NCBI GenBank assembly: GCA_938084645.1
Contig: CALKEP010000011.1
Span: 33,041 to 97,040 of the forward strand
Reading direction: 5' to 3'
Length of the DNA stretch: 64,000 bases
From: an uncultured Phycisphaerales bacterium
GTDB taxonomy: Bacteria; Planctomycetota; Phycisphaerae; Phycisphaerales; SM1A02
Shown: positions 9,661 through 20,232 of the stretch, piece by piece
Position numbering within the stretch: position 1 is the stretch's first letter
Layout of the letters: every line of letters begins with the position of its first letter
Program-made: the position numbers and the translations under genes
The notes under the pieces: generated by a model
What the model saw: the letters and a program-made list of their open reading frames with translations, nothing else
Told to the model about the DNA's origin: nothing
The model's database searches: none

Positions 9661-10524
9661 ATGTCCCACGAAGTCAACAGCATCGCCGTCATCGGCGCCG
9701 GAACCATGGGTTCCGGCATCGCCCTCATCGCCGCCACCAGCGGCATCGACGCCTTCCAGGTCGACGTCTCGACCGAGCAGCTGGAGCGGGCGAAGGCCTA
9801 CCACGCGAAGGTCCTCGGACGGAACGTCCAGAAGGAACGCATGACACAGGCGGAGATGGACGCGGCGCTCGCGCGCATCAGTTACGTCGGCGACATGGCA
9901 GACGCCGGGGTCGCGGACTGGGCGGTGGAAGCGGCCACCGAGAATCCCGAGGTCAAGGCGAAGATCTTCCAATCGATGCGGGCGACGTTTCCCGAGCACG
10001 CGGTGCTCGCGACGAACACCAGCTCGATCTCCATCACGCGGATCGCGACCGCGACGGGTGATGCCGCGGATCGTGTCGTCGGCATGCACTTCTTCAATCC
10101 GGTTCCGGTGATGAAGCTGGTCGAGGTCATCAAGGGACTCGCGACGAGTGAAGAGACCGTCGCCCGGACGGTGGCGCTCGCCGAGCGGATGGGCAAGACG
10201 CCGATTCCCGCCAACGATCGCGCCGGCTTCGTCTCCAATCGCGTCCTCATGCCGCTCATCAACGAGGCCTTCCTCGCCTGGATGGAGGGTGTGGCCGAGC
10301 CCGAGGCGATCGACGAGATCATGAAGCTGGGTTGCAACTTCCCGATGGGGCCGCTTCGGCTCGCCGACTTCATCGGCCTCGACGTCTGCCACGACATCAT
10401 GATGGTGCTCTACCGGGAGCTGGGCGACCAGAAGTTCTTCCCCTGCCCGCTGCTCCGGCAGCTGGTGACCGCCGGCCGACTCGGCGACAAGTCCGGACAC
10501 GGGGTCTACGACCACAGCCGGTGA
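9661..10524 (+). CDS. hbd: 3-hydroxybutyryl-CoA dehydrogenase
   Basis: GAGTMGSG, NTSSIS, GMHFFNP, GFVSNR and PMGPLRLADFIGLD motifs; GAGG RBS. Confidence 0.9.
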   Translation: MSHEVNSIAVIGAGTMGSGIALIAATSGIDAFQVDVSTEQLERAKAYHAKVLGRNVQKERMTQAEMDAALARISYVGDMADAGVADWAVEAATENPEVKAKIFQSMRATFPEHAVLATNTSSISITRIATATGDAADRVVGMHFFNPVPVMKLVEVIKGLATSEETVARTVALAERMGKTPIPANDRAGFVSNRVLMPLINEAFLAWMEGVAEPEAIDEIMKLGCNFPMGPLRLADFIGLDVCHDIMMVLYRELGDQKFFPCPLLRQLVTAGRLGDKSGHGVYDHSR

Positions 10525-10558
10525 CGGAGTGCGGCCCGCGGTCCCGCGACCCGGCCCG

Positions 10559-12064
10559 CTAGTAGGCCCAGTTGCCCAGCAGGATCGCCAGGTCGCCGCC
10601 GTCGACGATGCCGTCGCCGTTGAAATCGCCGCCGTCGCTCCCGTCGGTCCCCCAGAGGGAGTTGAAGTGGCCGAGATCGACGCCGTTGACCACGCCGTCG
10701 CCGTCGACGTCGCCGGCAAGCAGTTCGCATGCGTCGGGGATGCCGTCCCCGTCGCTGTCGCCCACCCCGCCTTCGAGGATCTCCGCCGCATCGAGTCGGC
10801 CGTTGCCGTCGCAGTCCGGGAGCGGAAACTCGAGGACCTGGCCTGCATCGAGGCCGCCCGCATCGGCGCGGGGCGCGGAGACGAGGATCCGATCGGTGTC
10901 GAGGGCCGCGCCGATGCCGAAGAAGGCCGAAGCCTCGGCCGCTTCGGGCCGCAGGCGAACCGCGGGACCCCACTCGAGATCGTCGTGTTCGAGGATCCAT
11001 CCGCTTCCCGCCTCGATCATGCCGTCCACCTCGGAGGCATAGCCTCCGGCGTAGAGCCGGTCGCCGTCCGCGGAAAGGGTGCAGGGAAATCCGAAGCCCT
11101 TGATTCCCGTCGGGTCCTCGGGGCCGATCAGTCGGTCGAACCATGGCTGCCCGCCGATGATCCGGTAGGCGTGCACGGCGCCGACGTCGACCCCGAAGGC
11201 GTCTTCGAAGGGCGCGCCGACGACGAGCCGATCGCCCGCGAGATCGATCCACTCTCCAAAGACCTGATAGGGCTCCGGCTGCGCCGGGATCAACATCGTG
11301 TCGAGCTCCCACAGATCGCCGACGGGACGATGCAGGGCCACGCCTCCGTGTCGGAATCCGGCCTGCCCGACGAGTCCGGACGTGCCGATCGCGAGCAGGT
11401 CGCCCCTCGCCGCCACGGATCGTCCGAAGTACGCCGCGACGTGCGGTCCGGGGAGGCCGAGTCGCTGCCGTGCCACCCATCCCTCCGCCTCCCGATGGAA
11501 GATCCAGACGCCGCCTTCCGCGTCCTCCTCGATCGATTCGAGGTAGGCGCCGACGACGATCTCTTCGTTCGAACGCCCGAAACAGACGGACAGGCCGAAG
11601 AGCGCATTCGAATTCTCCGCGACCGGGGGAAGCAGTTTCGCCTCGAACGTCCAGGTCTCGTCCAGAAGTCGGAACACGTAGGCGGCACCCGACCAGAATC
11701 CGAGATCGTCGTCACCGGGAGCGCCGACGACCATCACGTCCTCCCGGATGGTCACGGGAAGACCGAAGTGGTCTCCGGCCGCCGCGTCCGGGGCGACGAG
11801 CACCTGTCGATGGGCCCAGGCGTCGCCCTCGCGTCGATAGACGTGCACGGTCCCGGGTTCGGCCACGTGAGCGTCCCGGTCGGCGCCGATCGCGAGCCAT
11901 TCGCCCTCGAGATCGAGCCTGTTTCCGAAGGTTGCGCCCTCGATCGACTCGGGCGGCGACACGCTTCCCGACGGCGGAAGATCCGCCGTGGTGGGGGTGC
12001 CGTGACAGGCGAGGACCCCGATGGCGATGAGGATCGGGCGGCGAGAGGGCGCAATCGATGACAT
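10559..12064 (-). CDS. Secreted FG-GAP repeat protein with C-terminal dockerin-like domain
   Basis: Repeated FG..V....VVGAP..D..G units; tail GDVDGDGVVNGVDLG...GDFNGDGIVDGGDLAILLGNW. Confidence 0.8.
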   Translation of the reverse strand: MSSIAPSRRPILIAIGVLACHGTPTTADLPPSGSVSPPESIEGATFGNRLDLEGEWLAIGADRDAHVAEPGTVHVYRREGDAWAHRQVLVAPDAAAGDHFGLPVTIREDVMVVGAPGDDDLGFWSGAAYVFRLLDETWTFEAKLLPPVAENSNALFGLSVCFGRSNEEIVVGAYLESIEEDAEGGVWIFHREAEGWVARQRLGLPGPHVAAYFGRSVAARGDLLAIGTSGLVGQAGFRHGGVALHRPVGDLWELDTMLIPAQPEPYQVFGEWIDLAGDRLVVGAPFEDAFGVDVGAVHAYRIIGGQPWFDRLIGPEDPTGIKGFGFPCTLSADGDRLYAGGYASEVDGMIEAGSGWILEHDDLEWGPAVRLRPEAAEASAFFGIGAALDTDRILVSAPRADAGGLDAGQVLEFPLPDCDGNGRLDAAEILEGGVGDSDGDGIPDACELLAGDVDGDGVVNGVDLGHFNSLWGTDGSDGGDFNGDGIVDGGDLAILLGNWAY

Positions 12065-12300
12065 GAGCAGGCTCCATCGGAGCCATGGCAGGCCCCGAAC
12101 CCCGGGAATGAACCTCTCGCTCGACCTCAGGTCGTCCGGAAACATCCCCGGGAACCACCTGCACGATCCACGGTAGGCGTCGTCCATTCATTCGTGACGG
12201 GAATCGGAGACGAAAACCGCGCGGAACCACGGTTGATAGGAATCCGGGCCCCGCTGCCGATATCATGCAGGAGCCTCTTCAAACCTTCGTACGAGCAACC

Positions 12301-13974
12301 ATGAGCACCCTGAACCCTTCGAACGCCGCTGGTCAGTCCTCACCCGATCGTCCGGACCCCGAGACCGTCTCGCTCTCGGGCTACGAGATCGACGGCCTCT
12401 ACGGTCCGGGTTCCGTTCCGACGACGGATCCCAAGGATCCCAGCCGCGCCGACGCGAGGATCGCGACGCCCGGTGAGTACCCCTTCACCCGAGGCGTGCA
12501 TCCCACGATGTACCGGTCCCGGCTTTGGACGATGCGACAGTTCGCGGGCTTCGGCTCGGCGGACGACACGAACGCTCGATTCAAGTACCTCCTCGAGAAT
12601 GCCACCGGCACCAAGGCGAACACCGGGCTCTCCACCGCCTTCGACCTTCCGACGCTGATGGGACGGGACTCGGACGACCCGCTTTCCTCCGGCGAAGTCG
12701 GTCGATGCGGCGTCGCGATCGACACCATCGACGACATGCATCGCCTGTACGCGGACATCCCGGTCGGTGACGTCACGGTGAGTCAGACCATCAACGGTCC
12801 GGCGTGCGTGATCTGGGCGATGTATCTGGGCATGGCCCGGGAACGCGGGATCGACTGGAAGGATCTCGGCGGCACGCTGCAGAACGACATTCTGAAGGAG
12901 TTCCACAGTCAGAACGAGTTCATCTACCCGCCCGAGGCGAGCGTGAAGCTGGTGGTGGACACCATCGAGTACGCCGCGAAGCACGTGCCGCGCTGGAACT
13001 CGGTCTCGATCTCCGGATACCACATCCGCGAATCCGGATCGACCGCGACCCAGGAACTCGCGTTCACCCTCCGCGACGGCATGGAATACGTCGAAGCCGC
13101 GATGTCCCGCGGACTCGACGTCGATCTCTTCGCGCCGCGGCTGTCCTTCTTCTTCAACAGCCACAACGAGTTCTTCGAGGAGATCTGCAAGCTCCGGGCC
13201 GCCCGCCGGATCTGGGCGAAGGCGATGAAGGAGCGATTCGGTGCGAAGAACGAACGATCGTGGTGGATGCGGACGCACGTGCAGACCGCGGGTTGCTCGC
13301 TCACCGAACAGCAGCCGCTCAACAACGTGATCCGGGTCGCCTACCAGGCGATGGCGGGGGTGCTGGGGGGCTGCCAGAGCCTGCACACCGATTCGATGGA
13401 CGAGACGCTGGGACTGCCGACCGAGACCGCGGTCCGGGTCGCGTTGCGGACCCAGCAGATCCTCGCCCACGAGACCGGAGTGCACCGGACCGTCGATCCG
13501 CTCGGCGGTTCGTGGTTCGTCGAGGCGCTCACCGACCGCATGGAGGCCGATGCCGACGAGATCATCTCGACGATCGACGACATGGGTGGGGTCGTCTCCG
13601 GAATCCACAAGGGGTACTTCCGGCGGGCGATCGCCGAAGCGAGCTATCGAGTCGGCCAGGAGATGGAAGCCGGCGATCGGGTGGTGGTGGGGGTCAACGC
13701 CTACACCGATGGCAACGACTCCCAGCAGGTCGAGATCCTGCAGATTCCCCATGAAGTCGAATCCGTCCAGTGCGATCGGCTCGCCGCCTACCGACGGGAC
13801 CGGGACGCGGACGCCGTGGCCCGCTCGCTCGATGCGATCCGGGAGGCCGCCCGAGCCGGTGAGAACGTGATGGACGGCCTCATCGAAGCGTCGCTCCAGC
13901 GTTGCACGCTCGGAGAGATGGTCCAGGCGCTCGGGGACATCTATGGCCGGTACACCGGCGGGCCGGAATGGTGA
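12301..13974 (+). CDS. icmA: AdoCbl-dependent acyl-CoA mutase large subunit, isobutyryl-CoA mutase (IcmA) type
   Basis: PGEYPFTRG, WTMRQFAGFG, QNDILKEFHSQ, SGYHIRE; no B12-binding DxHxxG domain. Alternative start at 12265. Confidence 0.75.
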   Translation: MSTLNPSNAAGQSSPDRPDPETVSLSGYEIDGLYGPGSVPTTDPKDPSRADARIATPGEYPFTRGVHPTMYRSRLWTMRQFAGFGSADDTNARFKYLLENATGTKANTGLSTAFDLPTLMGRDSDDPLSSGEVGRCGVAIDTIDDMHRLYADIPVGDVTVSQTINGPACVIWAMYLGMARERGIDWKDLGGTLQNDILKEFHSQNEFIYPPEASVKLVVDTIEYAAKHVPRWNSVSISGYHIRESGSTATQELAFTLRDGMEYVEAAMSRGLDVDLFAPRLSFFFNSHNEFFEEICKLRAARRIWAKAMKERFGAKNERSWWMRTHVQTAGCSLTEQQPLNNVIRVAYQAMAGVLGGCQSLHTDSMDETLGLPTETAVRVALRTQQILAHETGVHRTVDPLGGSWFVEALTDRMEADADEIISTIDDMGGVVSGIHKGYFRRAIAEASYRVGQEMEAGDRVVVGVNAYTDGNDSQQVEILQIPHEVESVQCDRLAAYRRDRDADAVARSLDAIREAARAGENVMDGLIEASLQRCTLGEMVQALGDIYGRYTGGPEW

Positions 13975-14270
13975 GTCGGGTCCGATGGCCGTCTCGGGCT
14001 GCCTTCGGCGGCTCAGCGCAAGATCAGCCCGAAGATCGGCCCTGAACGCCGTCAAACGAAGGTTGATCACCGGGGTGAGCCGCCTTGCCTCATCCGTTCA
14101 CCCTCGAATCGGGTCCATTCGCCCGCTTTTTTCGGTGAAGCTTGACGATTTCGCGTACCATCCGCCGTTCGATGGGGTGTCCGGATTGCCGGATACATCG
14201 AAACCTCCGAGCGCAGATTCGCCCTGATGGTCGCTTTCGGAAATCGCACAGCAGGGCAGAGATCACGCTC

Positions 14271-14609
14271 ATGAAGCTCTTCGTTGGAAACCTCCCCTTT
14301 AGCGCTACTGAAAACGAAATCCGCGACGCCTTCGAGGCCCACGGTGAAGTTTCGGATGTCGCCGTCATCACCGACCGCGAAACCGGTCGCCCCCGTGGAT
14401 TCGCGTTCGTCGAAATGGCCGACTCCGGTCAGGCCAACGCGGCGATCGAAGCCCTGAATGGCCAGGACTTCGGTGGTCGTTCCATCAACGTCAACGAGGC
14501 CCGTCCTCGTGAGGATCGTCCTCGTGGCGGCGGCGGCGGTGGTGGCTACGGCGGTGGCGGTGGCCGTGGCGGCGGCGGCGGCGGCGGTGGCCGCGGCGGT
14601 TGGCGCTGA
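14271..14609 (+). CDS. RRM RNA-binding protein with Gly-rich tail
   Basis: RNP2 LFVGNL, RNP1 RGFAFVEM, VNEARPR and a GGGGGGY/RGG tail. Confidence 0.95.
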   Translation: MKLFVGNLPFSATENEIRDAFEAHGEVSDVAVITDRETGRPRGFAFVEMADSGQANAAIEALNGQDFGGRSINVNEARPREDRPRGGGGGGGYGGGGGRGGGGGGGGRGGWR

Positions 14610-14643
14610 ATATCGCATCCGCGATATCATGAAGTTCGAAGAT

Positions 14644-14678
14644 GCGGGCGGCGCTTCGGCGTCGCCCGCTTTCCTTCT
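14644..14678 (+). terminator. Intrinsic terminator
   Basis: GCGGGCGGCGC-TTCG-GCGTCGCCCGC followed by TTTCCTTCT. Confidence 0.75.
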
Positions 14679-14711
14679 CCAGATCGCACCTCGCAACCGA
14701 GTGTCACATCC

Positions 14712-15725
<1,014 letters not shown>

Positions 15726-15792
15726 CTCGGCCGATCGTGATTCGTTCCGGCACCCGGGTGTGGTAGCCTCCGATCCTGGAGATGCCGATCCC

Positions 15793-16587
15793 ATGACCCG
15801 CGAAGCCCGCGACGACTCGACGCCATCCGCAGATCAGTTCTCCCTCGACGGCCGAACGGCGCTCGTGACCGGTTCCACCACCGGGCTCGGGCTCGCGATC
15901 GCGGAGAGTCTCGGCGACGCCGGTGCGAAGGTCGCGCTCAACTACTTCAACGATCGGGACCGCGGGGAGGCGGCGTTCGAGCGGTATCTCGCCCGCGGTG
16001 CGGCGGGATGCCTGGTCCGTGGTTCCGTGATCGATGGATCCGAGATCGATCGGATCGTCGAGGAAGTGGAGTCTGTGCTGGGTGGCATCGACATTCTCGT
16101 GGTGAATGCGACGCCGGATCAGCCGCACCATCCCATCGAGGAATACGACTGGGCCTTCCACCAGTCGATGATCGACTACTTCGTCAAGAGTCCCTATCTC
16201 CTCGCCCGAGCGGTGCTTCCCCGCATGAAGGAACGTCGCTGGGGTCGGATCATCAACCTCGGCAGCGAGGTCCTCACCCGTGGCCTCGGGAACTTCAGCC
16301 CGTATCTCGCGGCCAAGGGCGGCCAGAACGGCTGGAACCGCTCCATGGCCACCGAGCTCGCACCCTGGGGAATCACGGTCAACATGGTCTCGCCGGGTTG
16401 GATCCCGGTCGAGCGTCACGAAAAGGATCCCCAGTCGGAGAAGGACGACTACTTCGCCCAGATTCCGATGGGAAGATGGGGGGTGCCGCGAGATGTCGGC
16501 GGCACCGTGACCTTCCTCGCCGGTGACGCCGCGAGCTTCGTCACGGGACAGAACATCCACGTCAACGGCGGCATGACCGTTCACTGA
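15793..16587 (+). CDS. SDR family oxidoreductase
   Basis: TGSTTGLG, YLAAK, VNMVSPG and GQNIHVNGG motifs. Confidence 0.9.
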   Translation: MTREARDDSTPSADQFSLDGRTALVTGSTTGLGLAIAESLGDAGAKVALNYFNDRDRGEAAFERYLARGAAGCLVRGSVIDGSEIDRIVEEVESVLGGIDILVVNATPDQPHHPIEEYDWAFHQSMIDYFVKSPYLLARAVLPRMKERRWGRIINLGSEVLTRGLGNFSPYLAAKGGQNGWNRSMATELAPWGITVNMVSPGWIPVERHEKDPQSEKDDYFAQIPMGRWGVPRDVGGTVTFLAGDAASFVTGQNIHVNGGMTVH

Positions 16588-16607
16588 TTCGCAGGAGAAA
16601 TCCAGGC

Positions 16608-17636
16608 ATGAACATCTCGCAACGCATCCTTCTCTCGATCATTCCGGCGCTGCTGCTCTGCGGTTGCGGCGACACGAGTCCATCCGGCGACACCGCCGGG
16701 GCTGCCGACGACCGGCCTCGCCTGGCCTACGTCACCAACGGGGTCGCGGACTTCTGGACCATCGCGAAGGCCGGTGCGGACACCGCCGGCGTCGACTTCG
16801 ATGCGGAGGTCGACGTGCTGATGCCCACCGGCGGGGTCACGGATCAGAAGCGGATGCTGGAGGATCTGGTGACCAGGCAGGTCGACGGCATCGCGGTCAG
16901 CCCGATCGATCCGGGAAACCAGATCGACGTCATCGACGCCGCGGCGGCCCGGACTCCCGTCATCACGCACGATTCGGATGCGCCGGGGTCCGCTCGTCGC
17001 TGCTACATCGGCATGGACAACTACGATGCAGGGCGGATGTGCGGCAAGCTCGTGAAGGAGGCGCTTCCGGATGGCGGCGAGATCTACATCTTCGTGGGCC
17101 GCATCGAACAGGACAACGCCCGGCGGCGGCGACAGGGCGTCATCGACGAGTTGCTCGACCGATCGGAAGACCCGGAGCGGTTCGACGAGCCCGGGGCGCC
17201 CATCGAGGGCGAGCGATACACGATCCTCGGGACCCTCACCGATCAGTTCGACCGCGCGAAGGGCAAGGCGAACGTGGAGGACGTGCTCAGTCGTCATCCC
17301 GGGGTCGACGGTCTCGTCGGGCTCTTCGCCTACAACCCGCCGCTGATTCTCGAAGCGCTCGAGGGAGCGGGCAAGATCGGAGAGATCTCGGTGATCGCAT
17401 TCGACGAGGACGACGAGACGCTCCAGGGCATCATCGACGGATCGGTGGTGGGCACCATCGTCCAGAATCCCTACATGTACGGGTACAAGTCGATCGAGGT
17501 GCTGTCGAAGATCGCTCGCGGCGAGGATCCGGGCATTCCCGCGGACGGCATGATCGCGATTCCGGCCCGAACGATCCGCGCCGCCGACGTCGAGGCGTTC
17601 TGGGCCGATCTCAAGACCAAGACCGGCAAGCAGTGA
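16608..17636 (+). CDS. Sugar ABC transporter substrate-binding lipoprotein (RbsB-like)
   Basis: Lipobox LLLCGC; DGIAVSPID, YIGMDNYDAG and IVQNPY motifs. Confidence 0.9.
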   Translation: MNISQRILLSIIPALLLCGCGDTSPSGDTAGAADDRPRLAYVTNGVADFWTIAKAGADTAGVDFDAEVDVLMPTGGVTDQKRMLEDLVTRQVDGIAVSPIDPGNQIDVIDAAAARTPVITHDSDAPGSARRCYIGMDNYDAGRMCGKLVKEALPDGGEIYIFVGRIEQDNARRRRQGVIDELLDRSEDPERFDEPGAPIEGERYTILGTLTDQFDRAKGKANVEDVLSRHPGVDGLVGLFAYNPPLILEALEGAGKIGEISVIAFDEDDETLQGIIDGSVVGTIVQNPYMYGYKSIEVLSKIARGEDPGIPADGMIAIPARTIRAADVEAFWADLKTKTGKQ

Positions 17637-17670
17637 TCACCGGTCCGTCCCACGGGAGACCGTACCGCCC

Positions 17671-19200
17671 GTGATTCTCCAGGCCCGCAACATCGTCAAG
17701 CGCTACCCGGGCGTCCTCGCGCTCGACGAGGTCGACCTCGATGTGGCCGCCGGCGAGATCGTCGCGGTCGTGGGCGAGAACGGGGCGGGCAAGAGCACGT
17801 TGATGAAGATCCTCGCCGGCGACGTCGCTCCCGACGACGGGAGTCTGCTCGTCGATGGCGAGGTGACCCGCTTCGGCTCGCCTCGGGAGGCGATCGATGC
17901 GGGGGTCGTGCTCATCCATCAGGAACTGAGCCTCGCCGACAATCTCGACGTCGGGGCCAACATCCTGCTCGGCCGGGAACCCCGCAGTGGTCCGTTCCTT
18001 CTTCGGGAGGCGGCGACGGCTCGTGCGACCGTCGCACTCCGGGCGGCGGGACTCGATCTCGAACCCTCCCGATCGGTCGCGGAACTCGGCATGGGGACTC
18101 GACAGCTGGTGGAGATCGCGAAGGCGTTGTCCACCGACGCGCGGGTCCTGATCATGGACGAGCCGACCTCCAGCCTGACCACCACGGAAGCCGACCGACT
18201 CTTCGAGACGATCGAGCGTCTGCGCGACGAGGGGACCGCGATCGTCTACATCTCCCATCGGCTCGGCGAGATCGAACGCCTCGCCGATCGAGTCGTGGTC
18301 CTGCGGGACGGCCGTTTCGTCAAGTCGTTCGAGCGGGCGGAGGTCACTCGGCATCGGCTCGTGGAATCGATGGTCGGACGGGACCTCTCGGGGGATGTCG
18401 GCTTTCGAGCCGACGTCGAATTCCAGACCGGACCGCCGAGGCTCGAAGTTCGCGGGCTCCGCACCACGCGCCATCCGGGGCACGCGGTCGATCTCACGGT
18501 CCGGCCGGGTGAGATCGTCGCCCTCGCGGGACTGGTGGGGGCGGGTCGGACCGAGCTTCTCAGGGCGATCTTCGGAATCGATTCGCGGACCGCGGGCGAC
18601 GTCCTGGTGGACGGCGTGCCGACCAGGATCCGCCGGCCCTCGGATGCGGCCGCCGCGGGCATCGCCTTCGTCCCGGAGGATCGCAAGGCCGACGGCCTGC
18701 TCCTCGAGGAGTCGATCGGGGAGAATCTCGTCCTGCCCGGGCTCGCGCGGACCGCCGTCGGCGGCATCTTCCGTCGACGGCCGTCGGAACGCGGGTTCGC
18801 GGAGACGCTGATGCGGCGGATGGGGGTTCGGCCGGCCATTCCGACGCTCGAGGCCGGAGGGCTCTCGGGCGGAAACCAGCAGAAGGTCGCGGTCGGGCGA
18901 TGGGTGGGATGTGAACCGGACGTGTTCCTGCTCGACGAGCCCACGCGGGGCGTCGACGTGGGCGCGAAGGCGGAGATCCACGCGTTGCTCGATCGGATCG
19001 CACGGGGTGGCGCCTCCGTGATCGCCGCGAGCAGCGAGATGGAGGAACTTCTCGCGGTCGCCGACCGGGTGGTGGTGATGCACGAGGGCCGGATCGCGGG
19101 AGAACTCGCTCGACACGAGGCGACGGAGTCGGCGATCATGCGGCTCGCCACCGGAGACCCCGTTCCCCGGATCGCCCGGCGAACGGAGACCTCGTCGTGA
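17671..19200 (+). CDS. Sugar ABC transporter ATP-binding protein (tandem ABC, RbsA-like)
   Basis: GENGAGKST, DEPTSSL, LSGGNQQK and DEPTRGVDVGAK motifs. Confidence 0.93.
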   Translation: MILQARNIVKRYPGVLALDEVDLDVAAGEIVAVVGENGAGKSTLMKILAGDVAPDDGSLLVDGEVTRFGSPREAIDAGVVLIHQELSLADNLDVGANILLGREPRSGPFLLREAATARATVALRAAGLDLEPSRSVAELGMGTRQLVEIAKALSTDARVLIMDEPTSSLTTTEADRLFETIERLRDEGTAIVYISHRLGEIERLADRVVVLRDGRFVKSFERAEVTRHRLVESMVGRDLSGDVGFRADVEFQTGPPRLEVRGLRTTRHPGHAVDLTVRPGEIVALAGLVGAGRTELLRAIFGIDSRTAGDVLVDGVPTRIRRPSDAAAAGIAFVPEDRKADGLLLEESIGENLVLPGLARTAVGGIFRRRPSERGFAETLMRRMGVRPAIPTLEAGGLSGGNQQKVAVGRWVGCEPDVFLLDEPTRGVDVGAKAEIHALLDRIARGGASVIAASSEMEELLAVADRVVVMHEGRIAGELARHEATESAIMRLATGDPVPRIARRTETSS

Positions 19201-20183
19201 AGCGTGCCAGGAAGATCCTCGGCGTGTTCGGCCTGCTGGTCGCGACCTGCATCGCGACGTCGGCGCTGACGCCCTACTTCCTCACCTCGTACAACATCGA
19301 GAACCTGCTTCGACGGACCTCGCTCTTCGGTGTCATCTCGATCGGCGCCGCGTTCGTCATCATCGTGGGGGGGATCGATCTCTCGATCGGATCGGTGGTG
19401 GCCCTGGTCGGCTGTCTTCTTCCCTGGCTGCTCGTCGAACACGGGGTGCCGATCTGGTTCGCCGTTCCCGGCGTGCTGCTGCTGGGACTCGTGCTGGGAC
19501 TGTGTCACGGCATCCTGGTGCAGCGGGTGCGTCTGCAGCCGTTCATCGTCACGCTCTGCGGGCTCCTCATCTACCGAGGGCTGGCTCGGGGCGTCACGGG
19601 GGACCAGACCGTCGGATTCCAGAATGGATACAAGGGCCTGCGAAGCATCGTGAAGACGCGATTCGAGGTGCCGGGGCTCGACGGTTTCGCGATCCCCTCG
19701 ACGCTCCTGATCATGGTGGTGATCGCGACCCTCGCGATCATCTTCCTTCGCTTCACGGTCTGGGGACGTCATCTGCTCGCCACCGGTCGCAATGCGTCCG
19801 CGGCTCGCCACGGGGGGGTGCGGACCGACCGATACGTGGTCCTGGCCTACGTGATCTGCGCCGGGCTCGCGGGGCTCGGGGGAATGCTCTTCATCCTCGA
19901 CGTCGGCAGCGCGCAGCCCGCGGACTTCGGGAACTTCTACGAACTCTTCGCGATCGCCGCCGCGGTCCTCGGCGGCTGCAGCCTTCGCGGCGGGGAGGGC
20001 TCGGTGATCGGCGTGATCATCGGGGCCGCGTTGATGCAGGTCCTGCAGAACGCCATCACCCTGATCGACTGGATTCCCGACAACATCCAGTATGCGGTCA
20101 TCGGCGCGGTGATCATCGCGGGTGCGGTCTCGGACGAGGGATTCCGACGGCTGGTGCTTCGAAGACGGGCTGGGGCACCTTGA
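19197..20183 (+). CDS. Sugar ABC transporter permease (RbsC-like)
   Basis: GGIDLSIGS and YELFAIAAAVLGGCSLRGG; multiple TMs; 4-nt overlap with the ATPase gene. Confidence 0.92.
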   Translation: MKRARKILGVFGLLVATCIATSALTPYFLTSYNIENLLRRTSLFGVISIGAAFVIIVGGIDLSIGSVVALVGCLLPWLLVEHGVPIWFAVPGVLLLGLVLGLCHGILVQRVRLQPFIVTLCGLLIYRGLARGVTGDQTVGFQNGYKGLRSIVKTRFEVPGLDGFAIPSTLLIMVVIATLAIIFLRFTVWGRHLLATGRNASAARHGGVRTDRYVVLAYVICAGLAGLGGMLFILDVGSAQPADFGNFYELFAIAAAVLGGCSLRGGEGSVIGVIIGAALMQVLQNAITLIDWIPDNIQYAVIGAVIIAGAVSDEGFRRLVLRRRAGAP

Positions 20184-20232
20184 ATCGATCGAACCGATAC
20201 CATCCGATTTCCTCAACCTCGGAGATTCGTCC

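Noticed and set aside
12301..13974. Methylmalonyl-CoA mutase annotation
   Set aside because: The active-site Tyr/Arg pair is replaced by Phe/Gln.
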